A stretch of DNA of 63,693 bases from an uncultured Erysipelotrichaceae bacterium (GTDB lineage Bacteria; Bacillota_I; Bacilli_A; RFN20; CAG-826), in NCBI GenBank assembly GCA_900317295.1, contig ONGB01000001.1, positions 1-63,693 on the forward strand, given 5' to 3'. A program made the translations under genes and the position numbers. This document shows, one piece after another, positions 31,296 to 41,281 of this stretch. The notes under the pieces are model-generated. The model saw nothing but the letters and a program-made list of their open reading frames with translations, had not been told where the DNA came from and searched no databases. Each line of letters opens with the position of its first letter. Within the stretch, counting starts at the first letter, position 1.

Positions 31296-32758
31296 ATTAC
31301 TTGGATTTATCGATTCGGGAGATCCACCAGGCGTTGGTGGAAAAGAAGACGACCCCGCTGGAGCTGGTGGAGGAAGCCCTCCGCCGGGCCAAGGCGAACA
31401 AAGATAACGCCTTTGAGATGCTTTGCGAGGAAGAGGCGATCGCTTTCGCCAAATCCCTCGGCGAGCCTGAGGAGGACAACCTCCTTTGGGGCATCCCTTA
31501 TTGCTCGAAGGACAACTTCTCCACGAAGGGCAAAGAAACGACCGCGTCCAGCAACATCTTAGTCGGGTATGTTCCCCTCTTCGATGCCACCGTCATCGAG
31601 AAACTGAATGCCAAAAAGGCCATCATGATCGGGAAAACCACCCTCGACGAACTCGCGATGGGCGGCACCGGCACCACCGGCCATAAAGGCATCACCTATA
31701 ACCCCTACGACCCGAGCCATAAGCGTATGTGCGGCGGCTCTTCCTGCGGTTCGGCCGCGGTGGTCTCCGCGGGCATCGTGCCCTTCGCCTTGGGCTCCGA
31801 TACTGGCGATTCCGTCCGTAAACCCGCTTCCTATACCGGCCTCGTCGGCATGAAACCGACCTGGGGCAGGATCTCTCGTTATGGGCTATTTCCCTTCGCC
31901 CCGAGTTTGGATCACGTCGGCTTCTTCACCCGTTATGTCGAAGATAGCGCCATCCTCTTAGGCACGCTCTCCGGACGCGACGACCGCGATTCGACGAGCT
32001 CCTTTAAGCCTGTGGAAGACTATGTCCCTGTCTCTTCTTCCTTAAAAGGAACGAAGATCGCGATCATCAAAGAGATCGTCGATTCCATCAAAGATGAGAA
32101 ACTACTTAAGAGCTTCGCCACTTCGGTGGAAGCCCTGAAAAAGGCCGGCGCGGAAATCGATTATGTCGAATTCGGCCTGCCCGAACTCCAGGCGATCTAT
32201 GCGACCTACATCGTCATCTCCTGCGCCGAGGCCACCAGCAACGACGCCAACCTCGATGGCATCAAATTCGGCCCCTTCCTTGGCGGGAAGACCTATCAAG
32301 AGGTCATGAGCAACGCCCGCACCGCCGGGTTCAGCGAACTCATCAAGCGTCGCTTCGTCATCGGTTCCTTCGCCTTGATGAGGGAAAACCAAGACGTCTT
32401 GTTCCTCCGCGCTCAGAAGGTCCGCGCGAAGATCGTCGCGAAGACCAACGAAATCCTCTCTACCCACGACACGATCTATGTCCCGGCCGCCCCGGGGATC
32501 GCCCCGTTATTCGAAAAGAAGGGCGATAAGCTTTCCGACGAATACCTCGTCGCCGATAACCATCTGGCGTTAGGCAATTTCGCAGGGCTTCCCTCGATCA
32601 CGCTTCCGCTATGCCTAGAGGACGGCATGCCCATCGGCATCAACTTCATGTGCCGCGCCTTTGAGGAGAAAAAACTATATGAAATCGCCAGCGAATTTGA
32701 AAAAATCGCCGGTTTGGATGGTTTGACTTTGGTCAACAGGAAGGAGGGCAATCTATGA
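31292..32758 (+). CDS. gatA: Asp/Glu-tRNA amidotransferase subunit A
   Basis: Amidase signature GGSSCGSAAVVSAG...GSDTGDSVRKPAS. Confidence 0.93.
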   Translation: MNYLDLSIREIHQALVEKKTTPLELVEEALRRAKANKDNAFEMLCEEEAIAFAKSLGEPEEDNLLWGIPYCSKDNFSTKGKETTASSNILVGYVPLFDATVIEKLNAKKAIMIGKTTLDELAMGGTGTTGHKGITYNPYDPSHKRMCGGSSCGSAAVVSAGIVPFALGSDTGDSVRKPASYTGLVGMKPTWGRISRYGLFPFAPSLDHVGFFTRYVEDSAILLGTLSGRDDRDSTSSFKPVEDYVPVSSSLKGTKIAIIKEIVDSIKDEKLLKSFATSVEALKKAGAEIDYVEFGLPELQAIYATYIVISCAEATSNDANLDGIKFGPFLGGKTYQEVMSNARTAGFSELIKRRFVIGSFALMRENQDVLFLRAQKVRAKIVAKTNEILSTHDTIYVPAAPGIAPLFEKKGDKLSDEYLVADNHLALGNFAGLPSITLPLCLEDGMPIGINFMCRAFEEKKLYEIASEFEKIAGLDGLTLVNRKEGNL

Positions 32759-34185
32759 ACTTCGAAGCCGTCATCGGATTAGAAATCCATGTGGAGATGA
32801 AGACCAAATCCAAAATGTTCTCCGCCTCCCCGAACTCCTTCTCCCGTGAGCCCAATACGGAAGTCACCCCCTTCGATATGGCCTATCCCGGCACGATGCC
32901 GGTGGTCAATAAGCAAGCCGTCATCAACGCGATCCGCGTCGCCAATGCCTTGCATATGACGATCGATCCGCTCATCCGCTTTGACCGCAAGAACTATTTC
33001 TACGCCGACCTTCCCAAGGGTTTCCAAATCACCCAACAATTCCACCCGATCGGCAGGGAAGGCTATCTCGATGTCAAAGGGCGCGATGGCAACATCAAAC
33101 GCATCCGCATCGAGCGCATCCACATGGAAGAGGATACCTGCAAACAGCTCCACTTCGCCGATTATTCCCTTTTGGACTATAACCGCGCCGGGGTGCCGCT
33201 GGTGGAGATCGTCTCCATGCCGGATATGCGCGATGGCACGGAGGCTATGCACTATGTCGAGGCCATCCGTAACATCGTCGTCTATAGCCTCACTTCCGAC
33301 GGCAAGATGGAAGAGGGGTCGCTCCGCTGCGACGTCAACGTCTCCCTCCGCCCCTATGGAAGCGAGAAATTCGGCACTAAGGTCGAGCTGAAGAACCTGA
33401 ACTCCCTCAAGAACATCGAGGAAGCTTTGGATTACGAAATCGCCAGGCAAAGCGCCTTGTTGCTCGCCGGCAAACCGATCCAGCAGGAGACCCGCCGCTT
33501 CGACGAAGCCTCCGGCAAAACCGTTTTGATGCGCGTGAAGACCGACGCGGTCGACTACAAGTATTTCCCGGAGCCGAACATCGTCCCAATTCGCCTGAGC
33601 GAGGAATTCGTCAAGAACGCGATCGATACTTGCCCTGAGCTCTATGATGATAAAAAACAACGGTATGTCTCCCTCGGATTAAGCGAAACGGACGCCGAAA
33701 TCCTTCTGGCGAACCTCGCGATGTCCGCTTATTTCGAGAAGGCCGTCGAAGGCAATGAGAAGAACGCGAAGATCATCTCGAACTTCCTCATCGTCGAAGT
33801 CAATGGGGTGCTCAACAAAGAAGGCATCGCGATGGAAGAATTCCGCCTCGCGCCGAAGACCCTCGCGGATATCGCCGCGCTTCAGGCAGACGGGTATACC
33901 CATAAGCAATGCGTCGATGTGTTCCGTTACGCCTTAGAGAACGATGTCTCCGCCGAAGAAGCGCGCCTCGCCCTTCATATTGAGAAACAAGAAAGCGATG
34001 AAGGCGCCGTCTTGGCCTTCGTCACCCAAGTTCTCGATGCCAATCCGCAATCCGTCGCCGACTTCAAGGCGGGCAAGGACCGCGCGAAAGGCTTCCTCGT
34101 CGGCCAGGTCATGAAGCTCGCCAAAGGAAAGGTCAACCCCGCCTCCGTCTCGAAAGTGATGGACGAGGAATTGGCCAAGAGGTGA
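32755..34185 (+). CDS. gatB: Asp/Glu-tRNA amidotransferase subunit B
   Basis: N-terminus MNFEAVIGLEIHVEMKTKSKMFS, NRAGVPLVEIVS, and a C-terminal YqeY-like tail. Confidence 0.93.
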   Translation: MNFEAVIGLEIHVEMKTKSKMFSASPNSFSREPNTEVTPFDMAYPGTMPVVNKQAVINAIRVANALHMTIDPLIRFDRKNYFYADLPKGFQITQQFHPIGREGYLDVKGRDGNIKRIRIERIHMEEDTCKQLHFADYSLLDYNRAGVPLVEIVSMPDMRDGTEAMHYVEAIRNIVVYSLTSDGKMEEGSLRCDVNVSLRPYGSEKFGTKVELKNLNSLKNIEEALDYEIARQSALLLAGKPIQQETRRFDEASGKTVLMRVKTDAVDYKYFPEPNIVPIRLSEEFVKNAIDTCPELYDDKKQRYVSLGLSETDAEILLANLAMSAYFEKAVEGNEKNAKIISNFLIVEVNGVLNKEGIAMEEFRLAPKTLADIAALQADGYTHKQCVDVFRYALENDVSAEEARLALHIEKQESDEGAVLAFVTQVLDANPQSVADFKAGKDRAKGFLVGQVMKLAKGKVNPASVSKVMDEELAKR

Positions 34186-34188
34186 CCT

Positions 34189-34932
34189 ATGGAAAAAGAG
34201 ATCCTTGAACTTGAGGCTTATTTGGAGACGGTCAAGGATTTCACCTTGCCCAAATTCAAAGAACTGCCCGGGGTCGACCTTTACATGGATCAGGTCCTCC
34301 AATACATCAATGGGGTGCTGGAAGATCTCTCCCCCGACGATAAGAAAGTCCTGACCTCCTTCATGGTCAATAACTATGTGAAGGCCAAGATGATCAAAGA
34401 ACCGGTCAAGAAAAGGTATTCCCGGGAGCAAATCGGCTATCTCATCGCCATCTGCTTGATGAAGGCGACCATCTCGATGTCGGATATGTCCCTCCTGCTA
34501 GAGATGGACGAAGGCATCACCGAGAACAAAGAAAGACTTTATAGCTTCTTCTGCTCGATGGAGACCTCGATCCTCGAACCCACCGTCGAGAAAACCTCCA
34601 AACGCATCGAGGGATATAAGAAGCGTTACGAGAAGGAAAAGGAGATTGATCCCGAAAAGGCGTCCTCCAACCTCCGCGATTCCTTGGGCCTATTGGCCCT
34701 CCGCCTCGCCATCCAAGCGCAGGCGAACAAAATGCTCTCCGAACGTATCATCGCCTATATCCGTCAGGACATGCACGGAGATAAGACGGTGGCGATCGAA
34801 GAAGGGCAAAGCCCGCGGGAAATCCGCCATGAGATCCGTCAAGGTCTCCACGAGGCCGACCGCCTCGCCGAAGCGAAAGCCAAAGAAAAACGCATTAGAA
34901 ATCGCCGTAAAAACGGTAAGAAAGGGGAATGA
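34189..34932 (+). CDS. DUF1836-like DNA-binding-type protein with basic tail
   Basis: LTSFMVNNYVKAKMIKEPVKKRYSREQIGYLIAICLMK resembles the DUF1836 core. Family call by resemblance only. Confidence 0.55.
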   Translation: MEKEILELEAYLETVKDFTLPKFKELPGVDLYMDQVLQYINGVLEDLSPDDKKVLTSFMVNNYVKAKMIKEPVKKRYSREQIGYLIAICLMKATISMSDMSLLLEMDEGITENKERLYSFFCSMETSILEPTVEKTSKRIEGYKKRYEKEKEIDPEKASSNLRDSLGLLALRLAIQAQANKMLSERIIAYIRQDMHGDKTVAIEEGQSPREIRHEIRQGLHEADRLAEAKAKEKRIRNRRKNGKKGE

Positions 34933-34935
34933 AAA

Positions 34936-35949
34936 ATGCGAGTATTAGTCACTGGGGGCCTGGGTTTCATCGGGTCCGAAACCGTCTGCGCACTTTACGA
35001 AGCGGGACATGAGGCCGTCATCGTCGATGACCTTGTCAACTCCAAAATCGCGGTCCTTGATCGCTTGGAGACCATCATCGGGAAACGCCCGGCCTGCTAT
35101 ATCGTGGATTGCTGCGACCTCAAGGCCTTCCGCGAGGTCTTCCAAAAAGAAAAGGTGGATGCGGTCATCCACTTCGCGGGGCTTAAAGCCGTCGGCGAAT
35201 CCGTGGAGAAGCCGATCGAATATTACGCGAATAACCTCACCTCGGCGACCAACCTCCTTCTTTTGATGAAGGAATTCGGCGTCCATAACATCGTCTTCTC
35301 TTCTTCGGCAACAGTCTATGGCATCCCGCAGCGCGTGCCGCTTAAGGAAGACGACCCTGTCATGAGCGCGACCAATCCTTATGGCGAGACCAAGGTGATG
35401 ATCGAGCGCATCATCGAAGACGCCTGCGCCGCGGATAAGAGCCTCAACGCCGCCTTGCTCCGTTACTTCAATCCGATCGGTGGGCATGCCTCGGGACTCC
35501 TTGGCGAAGACCCCAACGGCATCCCCAATAACCTGATGCCCTATATCACCCAAGTCGCCATCGGGAAGCGCCCCTATCTCAACATCTATGGCAACGATTA
35601 TCCAACCGTTGACGGCACCGGCGTCCGCGACTATATCCACGTTGTCGATTTGGCGGAAGGACATGTCGCTACTTTGGCGAAATTAGCGCAAAACCCTGGT
35701 CTTTGCATCTATAATCTCGGCACTGGCAAGGGATCTTCGGTGCTGGAAATGGTGCACGCATTCGAGGAAGTCAACGGGGTGAAGATCCCCTATAAATTCC
35801 AGCCTCGCCGCGCGGGTGATGTCACCGAGAACTTCGCCAACTGCGACAAGGCGGAGAAAGAACTTGGCTGGAAGGCGAAGCGCGACATCAAAGACGCTTG
35901 CCGCGACGCCTATTACTTCCAACAGAAAAACCCCAACGGAATCGAGTGA
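34936..35949 (+). CDS. galE: UDP-glucose 4-epimerase
   Basis: VLVTGGLGFIGS Rossmann motif, SSSATVYG, YGETK catalytic motif. 337 aa. Confidence 0.9.
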   Translation: MRVLVTGGLGFIGSETVCALYEAGHEAVIVDDLVNSKIAVLDRLETIIGKRPACYIVDCCDLKAFREVFQKEKVDAVIHFAGLKAVGESVEKPIEYYANNLTSATNLLLLMKEFGVHNIVFSSSATVYGIPQRVPLKEDDPVMSATNPYGETKVMIERIIEDACAADKSLNAALLRYFNPIGGHASGLLGEDPNGIPNNLMPYITQVAIGKRPYLNIYGNDYPTVDGTGVRDYIHVVDLAEGHVATLAKLAQNPGLCIYNLGTGKGSSVLEMVHAFEEVNGVKIPYKFQPRRAGDVTENFANCDKAEKELGWKAKRDIKDACRDAYYFQQKNPNGIE

Positions 35950-35970
35950 GCCAATCGGCCCACTCTTTTC
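35944..35970 (+). terminator. rho-independent terminator overlapping the galE stop
   Basis: gagtgagcc-aatc-ggcccactc (one mismatch) followed by TTTTCTTTC. Confidence 0.55.
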
Positions 35971-36032
35971 TTTCAAAGTAAACACTTTCAAGTTGAACGG
36001 CCTATGTTTTGGGATTACCCTAGCAAGGCTCT

Positions 36033-36584
36033 ATGAATGACCTTGGGATTTTCAAAATCTATGACGCATCGCTGAATATTGCGGTCATCAGCACCGCCAT
36101 CGTCGTGACGGTCGTCATTTTCATCTTGGTCACCGTGGCGAGGATTCTCTTCAAGGCCACCTATTTCGGAGTTTCGATGATCCGCGCGTCTTATTTGGAT
36201 CCGCGCGACGTCCGTTTAAATCTTATCTTCCTTAACGAATCCGCAAAGGAGATCAAATTCATCGATCTTTCTCTCGTCGGTTACCGCAAAGGAAGCAAAA
36301 AGGGGGAACTGATCGCCCCGCTCGCGGGATTGCCGCTAAGCAACGATATCTCCTCGACCTTTATCTCCAAGGGCAAAAACGGATTCTGCATCACCGCGAG
36401 GCAAAACTCGCGGAGCCAGGCGCTTCTGGAATACCGTATCCCTCAAACGGTTCGGCTAGATGATTACGATTCTTTCTCCTTAAGGGGGTACGATGGGGAC
36501 CTAAAGGTCATCGAGGCCACCATCAAGGATTTAAAAAGCACCTCCGAACAGGCGCTTCCGTTCAAGAAAAGAAAGAAGATCTAA
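36033..36584 (+). CDS. hypothetical membrane-anchored protein
   Basis: One TM segment (IAVISTAIVVTVVIFILVTVA) plus a soluble domain. The stop overlaps the convergent ugd stop (CTAA). Confidence 0.55.
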   Translation: MNDLGIFKIYDASLNIAVISTAIVVTVVIFILVTVARILFKATYFGVSMIRASYLDPRDVRLNLIFLNESAKEIKFIDLSLVGYRKGSKKGELIAPLAGLPLSNDISSTFISKGKNGFCITARQNSRSQALLEYRIPQTVRLDDYDSFSLRGYDGDLKVIEATIKDLKSTSEQALPFKKRKKI

Positions 36585-37744
36585 TCCTTCTTTGGGTCGC
36601 GGGTGAAAACCTTGTCCTTCCAAGGAAGGATTTTTTCATCGATCCGATTGGCGATGATGAGGTCGGAAGTCGAGACGAAGGCGGTGAAATCCTTTTCCAC
36701 GCGGACGCCTCGGTATTCCGCGTCGTGAACTAGCGGCTCATAAAGGGAAAGAGGATAGCCTTTTTCTTTTAATAAAGAGATTAGAGCGTCCAAAGAGGAA
36801 TTCCGGATGTTCTTGGAATTCTTTTCCATCACGAGGCGATAGATCCCGATGGTTTTGGCTTCTTCTTGCTCATAACGATCGATAATCGCCTTTACGATAG
36901 CTTTAGCGCGGGTCTGATTCGCGGACACGGTGGCGCTGATGAGGGTTTCGGGAACGCCGTCATAGGAAGCGGCCATCTGTTTGGAATCCTTAGGTAGGCA
37001 ATATCCACCATAGCCAAAGGAAGGCTTGTTATAGAAATCGCCGATGCGCGGATCTAGCCCAACGCCTTTGATGATGCGGGAAGCGTCCATCCCCTTTGCC
37101 ATGGCGTAGGTATCCAATTCGTTGAAGAAGGCGACGCGCATTGCCAAATAGGTATTGGAGAATAGCTTCACGGATTCCGCCTCATCGGAGGACATCCATA
37201 GAAGCGGACGCCCTTTCCAGGAGGGGACGCCTTCCACAAGGGATAGCAGCCGCACCTTCATATTCTCATCTTCTAAGGAGGGCAAACCAAAGATGATGCG
37301 GCTAGGATTTTCAATGTCTTCCATCGCGGAGGATTCGCGAAGGAATTCCGGGAAAAATACCGTATTTCGCAGGCGGAATGACTTAGTGAAGCCCACGGGA
37401 ACCGTCGATTTGATCAGGATTACGAGGTCGGGATTCGCCTCCGAAAGAAGGCGGATAGCTTCCTTCGGGCCTTCCACGTCAAAGGCGTTTTTCTCCGGCG
37501 AGAAATCGGTGGGCAATGCAAGGAAGGCAAACTCGGATTCTTTCGCCGCCTTTTCCAAATCCGTCACCGGGATGATGAGGTTGGGCTTCCATTTCCCTTG
37601 GGCGTCGGGGAATAAAGAAGTAGGGGAGGACAAGGCCGCCATTTTGGCGGGGTCCACGTCATAACCAAGCACCTCAAAGCCATCGGAAAGGGCGACCCCA
37701 AGATGGAATCCGACGTAGCCTAAACCGAGGATCAGGGTTTTCAT
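36581..37744 (-). CDS. ugd: UDP-glucose 6-dehydrogenase / nucleotide-sugar dehydrogenase
   Basis: N-terminal LGLGYVGFHLG Rossmann motif and GGYCLPKD catalytic-Cys motif. Confidence 0.85.
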   Translation of the reverse strand: MKTLILGLGYVGFHLGVALSDGFEVLGYDVDPAKMAALSSPTSLFPDAQGKWKPNLIIPVTDLEKAAKESEFAFLALPTDFSPEKNAFDVEGPKEAIRLLSEANPDLVILIKSTVPVGFTKSFRLRNTVFFPEFLRESSAMEDIENPSRIIFGLPSLEDENMKVRLLSLVEGVPSWKGRPLLWMSSDEAESVKLFSNTYLAMRVAFFNELDTYAMAKGMDASRIIKGVGLDPRIGDFYNKPSFGYGGYCLPKDSKQMAASYDGVPETLISATVSANQTRAKAIVKAIIDRYEQEEAKTIGIYRLVMEKNSKNIRNSSLDALISLLKEKGYPLSLYEPLVHDAEYRGVRVEKDFTAFVSTSDLIIANRIDEKILPWKDKVFTRDPKKD

Positions 37745-37775
37745 CCCCCCTATTGTAAGGAAGTCGGTAGCGCAT

Positions 37776-37792
37776 AGAAAGTTCCACTTTCT
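37776..37792. promoter_or_regulatory. perfect palindrome AGAAAGT-TCC-ACTTTCT in the divergent ugd / 2-epimerase promoter region
   Basis: 7-bp arms read directly. The intergenic region is 75 nt. Confidence 0.4.
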
Positions 37793-37819
37793 TCCGTTTG
37801 GGAATAAAATGGACGGGTT

Positions 37820-39007
37820 ATGAGTGAGAAACGTTACAAAGTTATGACGATCCTCGGCACCCGCCCCGAGATCATCCGCCTATCCGAAGTCATCAAAGCC
37901 TGCGACCGCGAGTTCGAGCATATCCTCGTCCACACCGGCCAGAATTATGACTACGAATTGAATCAAATCTTCTTCGAACAGCTAGGGCTCCGCAAACCGG
38001 ATTTCTATCTTTCCTGCGTCGGGGATAACCTTGGCAGGACGATGGGGAACGTCATCGCCGCGGCCTATGAATTGATCGAAAAGGAAAAACCCGACGCCGT
38101 TTTGGTTTTGGGCGATACCAATTCCGCGCTTTCCGCGGTGGCTGCAAAGCGGCTTAAGACCCCGATCTTCCATATGGAAGCCGGGAACCGCTGCTGGGAT
38201 TGGTCGGTCGCCGAGATGACCAACCGCACGATCGTCGACCACATCGCCGACATCAACATGCCCTATAGCCAATTCGCCTATCAGAACCTCCTCCGCGAAG
38301 GTTTGTCCCCCGAACGGACCTTCCCGACCGGCAGCCCGATGCTAGAAGTCATCAACGCCCATCGGAAAGAGATTGAGGAATCTGATGTCTTGGAACGCAT
38401 TGGATTAGAAAAGGGCAAATATCTCGTCGTCTCCGCGCATCGCGAAGAAAACGTCGATATCGAATCCAAATTCCGCCGCCTCTTTCCCGCGCTCAACCAT
38501 ATCGCGGATGAGTTCAAGATGCCGGTGGTCTTCTCCTGCCATCCCCGCACGAAAAACCGCTTGGGTCGGTACGGATTCACCCTTTCCCCATATATTCGCG
38601 AAGATAAACCTTTCGGATTCTTCGATTATTGCCAACTGGAGAAGAACGCCTACTGCGTCCTTTCCGATTCGGGCACTTTGACTGAGGAAAGCTCCATCTT
38701 TGATTTTCCCGGAGTCCTGATCCGCACTTCCACCGAGCGTCAGGAAGGTCTAATCCACGGTTCCGTCGTCTTAGGCGGGGTGGATTACGAAACCATCCGC
38801 AAGGGCATCGATGAGGCGAGGGAAATCCATCGTCCCGGGAATGGCCTATCGATCGTTCCCGATTATGACGTGACGGACGTCTCTTCTCGCGTCGTCGGCA
38901 TCATCAAAAAGTACATTGACGTTATCAACAAAGAAACCTGGCTTAAGGATGACGATCCCGTCTATGAGAAAGAAAGGATCGCCGCTCTTATGAAGGAGGT
39001 CCAATGA
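37820..39007 (+). CDS. non-hydrolysing UDP-N-acetylglucosamine 2-epimerase, FnlC/CapG-like
   Basis: VMTILGTRPEIIRLSEVI...HTGQNYDYELNQIFFEQLGLRKPDFYL is characteristic of the CapG/FnlC subgroup. Confidence 0.8.
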   Translation: MSEKRYKVMTILGTRPEIIRLSEVIKACDREFEHILVHTGQNYDYELNQIFFEQLGLRKPDFYLSCVGDNLGRTMGNVIAAAYELIEKEKPDAVLVLGDTNSALSAVAAKRLKTPIFHMEAGNRCWDWSVAEMTNRTIVDHIADINMPYSQFAYQNLLREGLSPERTFPTGSPMLEVINAHRKEIEESDVLERIGLEKGKYLVVSAHREENVDIESKFRRLFPALNHIADEFKMPVVFSCHPRTKNRLGRYGFTLSPYIREDKPFGFFDYCQLEKNAYCVLSDSGTLTEESSIFDFPGVLIRTSTERQEGLIHGSVVLGGVDYETIRKGIDEAREIHRPGNGLSIVPDYDVTDVSSRVVGIIKKYIDVINKETWLKDDDPVYEKERIAALMKEVQ

Positions 39008-40116
39008 AGGTACTCGTCACCGGGGGCCGCGGTTTCATCGGGAAAAACCTGGCATTTACCCTCGAAAACCATGGTATGTCCCCCTTGGTTTTCGATATTC
39101 AGGATAATGAAGACACCCTCCTGAGTTACCTAAAGGAAGCGGATTTCATCGTCCATCTCGCTGGGGTAAATCGCCCTTTGAAGGAAGAGGAGTTCTTGGA
39201 TGGGAACGTGAACTTCACCGCCCATCTTTTGGAAGATATCGTTAAGGTCGGCTCCAAAGCCCCGATCCTTTATGCTTCCTCCACCCAAGCGGAATTGGAT
39301 AACCCCTATGGGAAGAGCAAGAAGATGGCGGAAGACCTCTTATTCCGTTTCCAGAAGGAGCAGGGGAACCCCGTCTACGTCTACCGCTTCTATAACGTTT
39401 ATGGCAAATGGTGCCGCCCGAACTACAATTCGGTGATCGCGACCTTCTGCCATAACGTCGCCCACGATATCCCCTTGCAGGTCAACCCCAACGCCGGGGA
39501 GATCGATTTCGTCCACATCGACGATGTCTGCGATTCCATCCTTAAAACCATCGAGGCCAAAGGGAAGGGCTCGGCGGATATTCTTTATCCCGAGCCGCAT
39601 GACCGTGTCGCTTTGGGGAAAGTGGTGGAGCTACTCGAATCTTTCAAGGCGGGGCGGAAGAATCTCCTTTGCCCCCTGCAAGAAGGATTTGAAAAGAAAC
39701 TCTACGCGACTTATCTAACCTACTTGGAGCCGGAGGATTTCTCCTATCCTCTTGATCCCCATGAGGATAACCGCGGGTCCTTCACCGAAATTTTAAAGAC
39801 CCTTTCCTATGGCCAGATGTCGGTGAATGTCGCCCATCCTGGCATCACCAAAGGCAACCATTATCACCGCCTTAAGACCGAGAAGTACATCGTGGTCTCC
39901 GGGGAATGCATAATTCGTCAACGGAAAATCGATTCCGACGAGGTTTTTGAAACCCGTTGCTCAGGCAAGGATCTGCGCGTGGTAGACATCATCCCCGGCT
40001 ATACCCATAGCATTGAGACGGTAGGGGAAGAAGACTCGGTCACCCTTATGTGGGCCAGCGAGCTCTTCGACCCAGAAAACCCCGATACCTATATGATGCC
40101 CGTTTTGAAGCAATAA
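39004..40116 (+). CDS. SDR epimerase/reductase fused to a C-terminal cupin, CapF/FnlB-like
   Basis: VLVTGGRGFIGKNL Rossmann motif. About 370 aa with a C-terminal cupin-like segment GNHYH...GYTHSIE. Overlaps the upstream epimerase gene. Confidence 0.7.
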   Translation: MKVLVTGGRGFIGKNLAFTLENHGMSPLVFDIQDNEDTLLSYLKEADFIVHLAGVNRPLKEEEFLDGNVNFTAHLLEDIVKVGSKAPILYASSTQAELDNPYGKSKKMAEDLLFRFQKEQGNPVYVYRFYNVYGKWCRPNYNSVIATFCHNVAHDIPLQVNPNAGEIDFVHIDDVCDSILKTIEAKGKGSADILYPEPHDRVALGKVVELLESFKAGRKNLLCPLQEGFEKKLYATYLTYLEPEDFSYPLDPHEDNRGSFTEILKTLSYGQMSVNVAHPGITKGNHYHRLKTEKYIVVSGECIIRQRKIDSDEVFETRCSGKDLRVVDIIPGYTHSIETVGEEDSVTLMWASELFDPENPDTYMMPVLKQ

Positions 40117-40145
40117 AGTGGATTTTGCATCGAAAGGAATGAAAA

Positions 40146-40508
40146 ATGAACGAATCTTTGTATAGAGAAGAATACTCCGGCATGAGCCTAGAAGCTTTAA
40201 AGGCGGAGCGCGAAAAGCAGCAGAAGATCGAAGCGGATCAAACCGCGATTTGGGAGACCACGGACCTGACCTCCCCCATCGTCATGACCGCTTTCGGTTT
40301 GATCTTCATTTGGCTGCTTCCCTTAAGCATCCCCTTACTCGTTATTGGGATCCCTAGAATCGTCAATAATGCCAAGCTAAGGAATCGTTGCAACATGGCG
40401 ATTTACCATGCTCGTGACCGCATCGCCGTCCTTGATATCCTCATCCGTAACAAAGAGAAGGATCAGGCAGGCGCGGCAGGCGCCACCGAAGTGGAGGTCG
40501 TCGCCTGA
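40146..40508 (+). CDS. small hypothetical membrane protein
   Basis: 120-aa ORF with a central hydrophobic hairpin. TGATG overlap with the next gene. Confidence 0.5.
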   Translation: MNESLYREEYSGMSLEALKAEREKQQKIEADQTAIWETTDLTSPIVMTAFGLIFIWLLPLSIPLLVIGIPRIVNNAKLRNRCNMAIYHARDRIAVLDILIRNKEKDQAGAAGATEVEVVA

Positions 40509-41206
40509 TGTACGCTTTCGTCTTCGCGATGGAAAAGGAAGCTTCGCCGCTTCTTAAGGATTGCGAAATCCTATCCGAGGAAACCATCGGGTTCACCCGT
40601 CTCATCCACGCTCGTTTTGAGTCGCATGAATTCTTGGCGGGCATTTCTGGCATCGGAAAAGCTTTTGCTTCTTCAACGATGACCGCGATCTGCGCTCACC
40701 CTGTTTATGGGAAGAGCATCGAAGGCGTCATCAATGTCGGCATTGCTGGTTCTTTGAATAAGAAAAAAGCCGATCTGCTCAGCTGCGTCCTTGGACAGGA
40801 ATGCATCGAACACGATTTGGATACTTCCGCGATCGGCGACCCCGTTGGAATGGTCTCGGGGATCAATCGAATCCGTTTCCCCGGGGATCCTAAGCTGATG
40901 GAAGCTTTCGAAAGTGTTCTTGAGGAAGAAAATGTTCCTTATTGCAAAGCGGTCATTTCCTCAGGCGATGCCTTCCTCCTCGATCCGAAGAAGAAAAGCG
41001 CGATCGTCAAAGAGTTCGGGTCGCTTTGCCTCGATATGGAAAGCGCCCCCTTCGCCCAGATCGCTTATGTCTTTAAAGTCCCCTATCTCGCGGTGCGTTT
41101 CATTTCCGATGCCGAACACCCCGAATACGAATACGCCCAATATGGGGAAGAAGCGGCGGGAAGGGCCGCGAACACCGCCAAAGGTTTTCTGCGGAAGTGC
41201 GCTTGA
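40508..41206 (+). CDS. mtnN: 5'-methylthioadenosine/S-adenosylhomocysteine nucleosidase (PNP_UDP_1 family)
   Basis: AMEKEASPL, SGIGKAFASS, NVGIAGSL, SGDAFL and DMESAPFAQIA motifs parallel Pfs/MtnN. Confidence 0.75.
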   Translation: MYAFVFAMEKEASPLLKDCEILSEETIGFTRLIHARFESHEFLAGISGIGKAFASSTMTAICAHPVYGKSIEGVINVGIAGSLNKKKADLLSCVLGQECIEHDLDTSAIGDPVGMVSGINRIRFPGDPKLMEAFESVLEEENVPYCKAVISSGDAFLLDPKKKSAIVKEFGSLCLDMESAPFAQIAYVFKVPYLAVRFISDAEHPEYEYAQYGEEAAGRAANTAKGFLRKCA

Positions 41207-41281
41207 GTGATCGAATAATCACTATCTCAGGCGCGCCTATCCGCTATAATTAGAAACGACTTAGAAAGGAATCAACCAAAC

